From Candidatus Spongiisociaceae bacterium (GTDB lineage Bacteria > Actinomycetota > Acidimicrobiia > Spongiisociales > Spongiisociaceae), in the NCBI GenBank assembly GCA_965202665.1, contig OZ241841.1:1888001-1952000 (forward strand): a stretch of 64,000 nucleotides of DNA, given 5' to 3'. Position numbers and translations under genes: made by a program. Positions 57,487-64,000 of this stretch are shown here, one piece after another; the first letter of the stretch is position 1; every line of letters begins with the position of its first letter. The notes below the pieces were generated by a model that was given only the letters and a program-made list of their open reading frames with translations, did no database searches and was not told the origin of the DNA.

Positions 57487-58280
57487 ACCGCCTCCACCGC
57501 CCGCAACCCCTCCCGCACTTCGGTCAGCAACTCGAAGAAACGCTGTTCGGCGCGGGTGTCCGAAGTGCGGGGCTGGGGCAGGTCCATTTCCACCACCCGG
57601 GTGATGCGGCCCGGACGGGGGGACATGATCACCACGCGGTTGGACAGAAACACCGCCTCCGGGATGGAATGGGTGACGAAAAGGACCGTGGTGCCGGTAT
57701 CCGACCAGATGCGCAGCAACTCGGCTTGCATCCGCTCCCGGGTCATCTCGTCCAACGCCCCGAAAGGCTCGTCCATTAAAAGGAGCGACGGCTCAAAGGC
57801 CAAAGCCCGGGCGATGGACACCCGTTGCTGCATGCCGCCCGACAGTTGCCACGGATAATGGTCGGCGAACTCCTCCAAACCCACCAGTTGCAGCATATCC
57901 TCCGCCCGCGCCCGCCGCTCCGCCCGGCCCATTTCCATAATCTCCAGCGGCAGTTCCACGTTGGCCCTGACTTTCCGCCACTCCAGCAGGGTGGACGACT
58001 GGAACACCATCCCGTAGTCCCGGTCGGTGCGGGCCGCGGCGGGAGGTTTGCCGTTCACGGTCACCGTCCCGCCGGTGGGGGACAGCAGATCCCCCACCAG
58101 CCGCAACAGGGTGGATTTGCCGCACCCGGAGGGGCCGATCAGGGAAACGAACTCGCCCCCGGCGACCTGCAGGTCGATGTCGGCCAAAGCGGGCACTTCC
58201 CGGTCGGAGCCGGGATTGAAAACCATGTCCGCCCCCCGCAGTTGCACCATGTCCGCCCCCCGCAGTTGCTCAGCGCTCAC
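57483..58280 (-). CDS. ABC transporter ATP-binding protein
   Basis: GPSGCGKST, LSGGMQQR, LLMDEPFGALD, FVTHS. Confidence 0.95.
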   Translation of the reverse strand: MSAEQLRGADMVQLRGADMVFNPGSDREVPALADIDLQVAGGEFVSLIGPSGCGKSTLLRLVGDLLSPTGGTVTVNGKPPAAARTDRDYGMVFQSSTLLEWRKVRANVELPLEIMEMGRAERRARAEDMLQLVGLEEFADHYPWQLSGGMQQRVSIARALAFEPSLLLMDEPFGALDEMTRERMQAELLRIWSDTGTTVLFVTHSIPEAVFLSNRVVIMSPRPGRITRVVEMDLPQPRTSDTRAEQRFFELLTEVREGLRAVEAV

Positions 58281-59176
58281 AACGCCGCCTCTCCGGTCGG
58301 GGCGGACGGGCGGGCGCCGCCGGCTTCGTCCACCCGCAACGAGGCGGGCACCACCGACCGTTCAATCAGGGCCACTATCGCCACGAAAGTTATTCCCAGC
58401 AGGGAGGCGACCAAAATGGAGGCGAACAGTTTGGCGGGGGCGGCGGAGAAAGCGGAGGCGAAGTTGAGGATGGCCCGCCCCAGGCCGTCCGGCATGCTGG
58501 CCGGCAGCTCCCCGACGATGGCCCCGATGATGGCCGCGGTGGCCGCGATTTTCAAAGCGGGGAACAGGTAGGGGAGGGCGGCGGGGGCCTGCAGTTTCCA
58601 CAGCACCTGCCGGGGATGGGCGGCGTAGGAAAGCATAAGTTCGGAGGCGGCCGCCGGGGGGGAGCGCAGGCCGCGCAAAGTGTTGATGGCCACCGGGAAA
58701 AAGGCCAAGTAGGCGGAGATCACCGCCACCACCAGCCAGCGGGGGACGCTGATCCGTCCCGCCCACACCACCAGGATGGGGGCGATGGCCAGGATGGGGA
58801 TGGTCTGGGAGGCCACCACGTAGGGCATCAGGCCCCGCTCCGCCAAAGAGGAACGGACGAACAGCACCCCCAGGCCGAAGCCGATCGCCGACCCGAACAG
58901 GAACCCGACCAGGGCCGAGCGCCAAGTGAACAGGGCCGCCCGCAACAAAACCCACAGCAACATTTCCCCTCCCCGGCGGGCGGGGCGGAACAGTGCCCAT
59001 ACCACGTCCCAGATGTGGGGCATGGAACGTTCGTTGGTGCGCACCGGCAGGTCCACCGAGGTCCCCGGCCAAACCCCGCCGGTGGCCGTTCCCATCCACT
59101 TGTATCCCTCCCAGAGCAAAGCCAACGCCGCCAGGATGCCCAGAAAGGCCAGCGTCCGCCGCAGGGCCGGGGTCAC
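58277..59176 (-). CDS. ABC transporter permease (TauC/SsuC-like)
   Basis: SQTIPILAIAP, FFPVAIN, LPYLF, IIGAIVGE. Confidence 0.9.
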   Translation of the reverse strand: MTPALRRTLAFLGILAALALLWEGYKWMGTATGGVWPGTSVDLPVRTNERSMPHIWDVVWALFRPARRGGEMLLWVLLRAALFTWRSALVGFLFGSAIGFGLGVLFVRSSLAERGLMPYVVASQTIPILAIAPILVVWAGRISVPRWLVVAVISAYLAFFPVAINTLRGLRSPPAAASELMLSYAAHPRQVLWKLQAPAALPYLFPALKIAATAAIIGAIVGELPASMPDGLGRAILNFASAFSAAPAKLFASILVASLLGITFVAIVALIERSVVPASLRVDEAGGARPSAPTGEAAL

Positions 59177-59346
59177 CGCGTTCCGCTTTCACAGCCGGGG
59201 GAGCGCCCGCCCCGGGCCGGGCGGCGGCGGGCGGCGGGCGGGAGAGCGGGAAATTTCATAGAGGCCATCTTATCGCCCGCTCGCCCGGCGGGGCGGGGAA
59301 TCAGGCCCGTCCGCTTATCGCCCGCGGGGCGGTGGGGCGGATTGAC

Positions 59347-59374
59347 TTGACAAAACGGGGGGGGGGGGTAGCGT
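59347..59374 (+). promoter_or_regulatory. Sigma70-type promoter with G12 spacer
   Basis: TTGACA-aaac-G12-TAGCGT, 16-bp spacer. Confidence 0.8.
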
Positions 59375-59452
59375 TTTGGAGCGCAGTTGTCGGATTGCCC
59401 GTCGGCGGTTGCGAATTGGTAAAGATTTCGGGCGTAGGAGCAAGGAGGCGTC

Positions 59453-62400
59453 GTGGTGATAGCGCGGCTGTTGGATCGGGTTTGGTTGGTGGGTTTGTTG
59501 GTGCTGGGTTTGGTGGCCGCTTTGCTGGGGGTGGCTCCTCCGGAGGCGGCGGGGACGCATGGGGAGGAGGATATTGATTTCGCTCCCATGTATTCGGCGT
59601 GCGTGGGGGCGGCGACGGAGTCTGCGGGTTTTGAGGACACGGCGGACATCGGCGCGGAGGATGCTATTAATTGTTTGTTCCATTATGGGATCACCACCGG
59701 CCGGTCGGAGACCATGTACGCGCCGGGGGATTCGGTGTTGCGGTGGCAGATGGCCCTGTTTTTAGCGCGGGCGGCTGCGGCGGCGGGGATTGTGTTGGAG
59801 AACCCGGCGGAGGATCAGGGGTTTACGGATGTGGGGGCGGTGTCGGAGGAGGCCCGCAACGCGATCAACGGTTTAGCCAAGGCGGGGATCATGCCCGGCA
59901 CGTCGGCGACGACGTTCTCACCTAACTCGTCGGTGAACCGGGGGTCCATGGCCATGTTGCTGGACGCTTTCCTTTCTAAGGCCACGCCGGGGACGGGGGC
60001 GTTCGGAGAATCTGCGGAGAAGTATGCGGATGTGAAGGCCGACAATTTTAATGTGTTTACGGATGTGAGCACGGTGTCGTTGAACACATATAACGCGATT
60101 TACCGTATTTACGAGCTGGGGGTGACCAAGGGCGTGGGGGATCATCAGTTCAACCCGGCCGGGCTGGTGACGCGGGGGCAGATGGCGTCGTTCATCACTC
60201 GGGCGTTTGCGCATACCAGGGCCCGTCCGGCGGGGGTGTCCATTCAGAGCGAGTCGGATATGGTGCTTGGTGAATCGAGTGTTCCGTTGATTGTGTCGGT
60301 GCGGGATGTGAACTTCCAGCCCTTGTTGGACCAGTCGGTGGATGTGTTCCGTTCCACGGATCCGGATAACGCGTTCGGGGATGATGGGGCGTGTGTTTCG
60401 GCGAGTGTGGCTCGGGTGGGGCAGGTGGGGCAGACGGCGTGCGAGGTGGATTTGGGGGACAGCACCACCGACGCGGCGGGGGATTTGACCGATTTGTCCT
60501 TGCAGATCACGGATGCGGATGTGTCGGTGTGGGCGTGGACGGGCGACCGGGGCGACAAGTTCGACTCAGATGACACCACCGCCGCGCAGTTGACGGTGGG
60601 GTTCTCCAAGGCGGCCAGCCAGACTTTGGTGACCGACAACTTGGAGGAGGGACAGGAAAGATCCAAGTTTGGGGAAACCGTCACTGTCACCATCCAGATC
60701 GCGGATGAGGATGACAAGGCGGTGGCCAGCAAGGGTCAGCGGGTGACCGTAAGCCAGACGACGCGAGTCGGGGAGACCACCACCTCTTCCAGTAACTCCA
60801 TGGTGACGGATGCGGATGGGAAGATCGTTTTGGAGTTCACTCAGACTGATCCCAATACCAATACGGGGGATGCGGCGAGGGTGACGTTGGAGTTGAGTGT
60901 GCCGTCGGACGGGTTGCCGTTGCAGAATGAGGACGGAAGCGCTTTCGACATGGACGGCAAGACCTATGTCTGGTCGGATGAGGCGCCGGTGCCGAAAGTG
61001 TTGAAGTTGTCGGCTCGGACCAACTTCGGGGAGGCTTCCGATGAGGGTTCGGGGGCCGGTAACACGGTTACGGCCACTTTGACCGACCAGTTCGGGGACC
61101 CGGTGCGGGGCAAGAGGATCAGTTTCCTCTCCGACACCTTTTGCACGCCCAAACAGGGGGAAACCACTTGCTCTGTGACCGGGATCGGGGTTACGGAAAA
61201 CGGCGGCGTGTCAGTGAGGGAGGTTGACGGGGTGCGTGTTTTGACGGGGACCGCCCGGTTTATGCGCACCACCGGACGGGACGGCCGGGCCAACCTCAGT
61301 TATTCCTATGATTCCACCGACAGCACAATCGAAACCATCTGGGCCACCTTCAGCGAGGTGGTGGGAGTGGCGGACTCCGACCCTCTGGCCGAAGGCGACA
61401 CCGCCGATATTTCGCTCACCGCGGATCGTATCTATCACTATTGGGCGGAGGACCCCTCCGGGGCTCCGTTCACCGGGCGCATTCTGGTTAAGGAACCGGA
61501 CAACGATCAGATGGTGGTGTTCGCGGAAGAGAAGCTGATGTTGGTCAAATACGACGCCAACGACCAGTTCGTCGACTTCAACGGGCCCACGGTGATGGCC
61601 GAATTCGAGAAGCCTTTGGCGGAAAACGCCGACCCGGCGGCGGCTCATCTGAAAGTAACCGCCTATCAGGACGAGGCGGGCAAGGTCAGCACCTTCACCT
61701 TGCAACCGGAATGGCCCAGCCTGGATCACCCCGACGGCCAAGAGGCCGGAGGCCCCGCCCGGTTCGGGCAGGTGGTAGCGGCCGACAACGGAGTAGTTGT
61801 GGTCGGAGCCTCTTATGAAAGCGTTGTGGACGACATGGGCACCGCCAACGATCCATCAGATGATGAGACGCGGGCTAATGCGGGGATGGTGTACATCTAC
61901 CCGGGCGGCATCGGCACCGCCGCGGCGGACATCGTCGAAATCAAGCCCCCCACCATCACAGCCAACGGTTACTTCGGGTTTGATGTGGATATCAGCGGCG
62001 ACACCGTGGTGGTCGGAACCCGAGACGGGGCGCTGATGAAGGTCTATGTTTACGTCCGCGGGAGCAGTGGTTGGCCGACCATGCCCACCGCCACTTTTGA
62101 CTCGACCGCTTCCTCGCCCGCCCACCGAGGTTTTGGCGAAGGGGTTGCCATATCCTCCGACGGTTCCACCATCGCGGTGACGGCCCTCTTCCAGTTCAGC
62201 TCCGAAGTATTGATATATGAAAAACCCGGCAACGGCGTTTGGGCGAACGATACCGACAGCACGGACAACGCAAAACTGACACCCGAGTCCGCCGCGGCCG
62301 GTTACAACGACCAGCGGTCGGTGGCTCTTTCCAGGGACGGTTCGACGGTTGCTTGGGGCGGCTGCAACTGGGGAGGTACTCCTGCTTCGTGCCGGGGAGC

Positions 62401-62980
62401 GGTTATGGTGCACACCGAACCGGTCGGGGGCTGGACGGGGAGCGTGACGCACGCCGCGGTTTTGTACGCCAACGGCGGAGCCAAGGTACGGCAGAGTATG
62501 GGCAGATCCGTGGCTATTTCCGATGATGGGTCGACGGTGCTCGCGGGCGGGTCTTTCCAGGCCGGGGTCGGCGAAACCGGGGCCATGTACGTGTTCAGCA
62601 AACCCGACGCAGGTTGGGCGACGTTGGACGAGGACACCACTTCTTCGGCGATATTGACCGCTTCTCCGGGCAGGGCCCGGCCGGTCGAAGCATTGGGCCA
62701 ATACGTTGCGATGTCCAGCGATGGCATGGAGGCGGTGGGTGGACGTCATTTTCGGCAGGAAGGCGACTTCCGGGGCTCGGTGGTGGCGTACCAGCGGCCC
62801 TCCGGCGGGTGGGCCAGCGACAGCAGTCCCGATGGTGAATTCTTGGGTCCCTATGTGAACGCCCGTCTGGGGTGGGCGGTTACCTATGACAAGTCGAACG
62901 GCGATCTGTACTCCGCGATACGCAACGAAACCCTGGTGGACAGTGGCCGGTTGCTGACTGTTTACAAGATCAGCCGTTAA
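59453..62980 (+). CDS. Large secreted S-layer-homology protein with Ig-like middle region and FG-GAP-like propeller repeats
   Basis: Signal peptide; SLH repeats (GITTG..RWQMA, GIMPG..RGSMA, GVTKG..TRGQMA); FGFDVDISGDTVVVG, FGEGVAISSDG, MGRSVAISDDG. Confidence 0.88.
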   Translation: MVIARLLDRVWLVGLLVLGLVAALLGVAPPEAAGTHGEEDIDFAPMYSACVGAATESAGFEDTADIGAEDAINCLFHYGITTGRSETMYAPGDSVLRWQMALFLARAAAAAGIVLENPAEDQGFTDVGAVSEEARNAINGLAKAGIMPGTSATTFSPNSSVNRGSMAMLLDAFLSKATPGTGAFGESAEKYADVKADNFNVFTDVSTVSLNTYNAIYRIYELGVTKGVGDHQFNPAGLVTRGQMASFITRAFAHTRARPAGVSIQSESDMVLGESSVPLIVSVRDVNFQPLLDQSVDVFRSTDPDNAFGDDGACVSASVARVGQVGQTACEVDLGDSTTDAAGDLTDLSLQITDADVSVWAWTGDRGDKFDSDDTTAAQLTVGFSKAASQTLVTDNLEEGQERSKFGETVTVTIQIADEDDKAVASKGQRVTVSQTTRVGETTTSSSNSMVTDADGKIVLEFTQTDPNTNTGDAARVTLELSVPSDGLPLQNEDGSAFDMDGKTYVWSDEAPVPKVLKLSARTNFGEASDEGSGAGNTVTATLTDQFGDPVRGKRISFLSDTFCTPKQGETTCSVTGIGVTENGGVSVREVDGVRVLTGTARFMRTTGRDGRANLSYSYDSTDSTIETIWATFSEVVGVADSDPLAEGDTADISLTADRIYHYWAEDPSGAPFTGRILVKEPDNDQMVVFAEEKLMLVKYDANDQFVDFNGPTVMAEFEKPLAENADPAAAHLKVTAYQDEAGKVSTFTLQPEWPSLDHPDGQEAGGPARFGQVVAADNGVVVVGASYESVVDDMGTANDPSDDETRANAGMVYIYPGGIGTAAADIVEIKPPTITANGYFGFDVDISGDTVVVGTRDGALMKVYVYVRGSSGWPTMPTATFDSTASSPAHRGFGEGVAISSDGSTIAVTALFQFSSEVLIYEKPGNGVWANDTDSTDNAKLTPESAAAGYNDQRSVALSRDGSTVAWGGCNWGGTPASCRGAVMVHTEPVGGWTGSVTHAAVLYANGGAKVRQSMGRSVAISDDGSTVLAGGSFQAGVGETGAMYVFSKPDAGWATLDEDTTSSAILTASPGRARPVEALGQYVAMSSDGMEAVGGRHFRQEGDFRGSVVAYQRPSGGWASDSSPDGEFLGPYVNARLGWAVTYDKSNGDLYSAIRNETLVDSGRLLTVYKISR

Positions 62981-63026
62981 GTCGTTTCACCCAACCCAAC
63001 ACGCCAGGAGGCCTCCCCGCCAAAGT

Positions 63027-63133
63027 GGGGAGGCCCCTGGTTTAAGCCCCTTTGCCGCGACTACGCCTCCGAGATACGAGCCTCCATCGGCCGGAGCCGG
63101 GGAGGCCTTTGGTTTAAGCCCCTTTGCCGCGAC
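63027..63133. repeat. Two ~35-bp direct repeats with hairpin potential between the SLH paralogs
   Basis: ggggaggccYYtggtttaagcccctttgccgcgac at 63027-63061 and 63099-63133. Confidence 0.8.
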
Positions 63134-63198
63134 GGATGCCCAAAAGGACCGGGGTCGCCGCGTTCCACTTTCCCGGCGGGGCGGTGGTGTGGATTGAC

Positions 63199-63226
63199 TT
63201 GACAAATTGGGGGGGGGGGGTAGCGT
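63199..63226 (+). promoter_or_regulatory. Sigma70-type promoter with G12 spacer (second copy)
   Basis: TTGACA-aatt-G12-TAGCGT, 16-bp spacer. Confidence 0.8.
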
Positions 63227-63310
63227 TTTGGATTGTGGAGCCGCGTGCGGCGTTTGTCGTCGCTCGGCGGCCTGCGTGGTAAAAAAATCTGAGTTTAAGG
63301 AGGCTTAGTG

Positions 63311-64000
63311 ATGGCGCGTGTGTTGGGTCGGGTTTGGTTGGTGGGGTTGTTGGTGTTGGGTTTGGTGGTGAGTTTGTTGGGGGTGGCTCCTCCGGAGGGG
63401 GCGTTGGGTGCGCATGGGGAGGAGGACATTGATTTCGCTCCCATGTATTCGGCGTGCGTGGGGGCGGCGACGGAGTCGGCCGGTTTTGAGGACACGGCGG
63501 ACATCGGGGCGGAGGATGCTATTAATTGTTTGTTCCATTATGGGATCACCACGGGTCGGTCGGAGACGATGTACGCTCCGGGGGATTCGGTGTTGCGGTG
63601 GCAGATGGCCCTGTTTTTGGCTCGGGCGGCTGCGGCGGCGGGGATTGTGTTGGAGAACCCGGCGGAGGATCAGGGGTTTACGGATGTGGGCGCGGTGTCG
63701 GAGGAGGCCCGCAACGCGATCAATGGTTTAGCGAAGGCGGGGATCATGCCCGGCACGTCGGCGACGACGTTCTCACCGAATTCGTCGGTGAATCGGGGTT
63801 CCATGGCGATGTTGCTGGACGCGTTTTTGGCGCAGGCCACGCCGGGGGCGGGGGCGTTCGGTGAAGCGGCGGAGAAGTATGCGGATGTGAAGGCGGACAA
63901 TTTTAATGTGTTTACGGATGTGAGCACGGTGTCGTTGAACACCTATAACGCGATTTACCGTATTTATGAGTTGGGGGTGACGAAGGGGGTGGGGGAGCAT
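63311..64000 (+). CDS. Second SLH surface-protein paralog (5' part, runs off window)
   Basis: AAGGAGG RBS; open to the window end; near-identical to the first ~230 aa of the 59453 gene. Confidence 0.9.
   Translation, partial: MARVLGRVWLVGLLVLGLVVSLLGVAPPEGALGAHGEEDIDFAPMYSACVGAATESAGFEDTADIGAEDAINCLFHYGITTGRSETMYAPGDSVLRWQMALFLARAAAAAGIVLENPAEDQGFTDVGAVSEEARNAINGLAKAGIMPGTSATTFSPNSSVNRGSMAMLLDAFLAQATPGAGAFGEAAEKYADVKADNFNVFTDVSTVSLNTYNAIYRIYELGVTKGVGEH

Noticed and set aside
1-64000. tRNA, rRNA or riboswitch genes
   Set aside because: None recognised by eye; a covariance-model search (tRNAscan-SE, Infernal/Rfam) would be needed to exclude them

Overview
High-GC bacterial DNA, most consistent with an actinobacterium (F420 LLM enzymes, Rv2466c-like DsbA, several SLH-domain surface proteins; the Acidimicrobiia-like assignment is inference). 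Housekeeping genes (gnd 3' end, manA, pepN, lgt, leuCD) alternate with accessory blocks. (1) A 13-gene minus-strand operon (10234-18963) encodes a toluene-4-monooxygenase-like soluble di-iron monooxygenase with unusual partners: DJ-1/PfpI, two SnoaL/NTF2 proteins, a divergent ribosomal protein uL22 paralog, DUF59, ABM and a GntR/HutC regulator with a candidate operator. (2) A DAHP-synthase/chorismate-mutase fusion has lost the DAHPS catalytic motifs yet sits under a Phe/Tyr leader-peptide attenuator. (3) An AAA-DUF4143 gene has a 23-bp tandem array upstream and is followed by a direct-repeat-flanked SLH-ProX-ProX gene. (4) Lower-GC defence cargo includes Mrr_N fusions, GmrSD-AlbA_2, and an SNF2/DUF1156/DUF499 triad with a poly-C frameshift. 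(5) A reductive pyrimidine catabolic operon carries insertions at three places, including an IS481 with a 6-bp target duplication. (6) Tandem SLH surface-protein paralogs have promoters with G12 spacers. All family assignments come from motif recognition by eye; no database searches were run.
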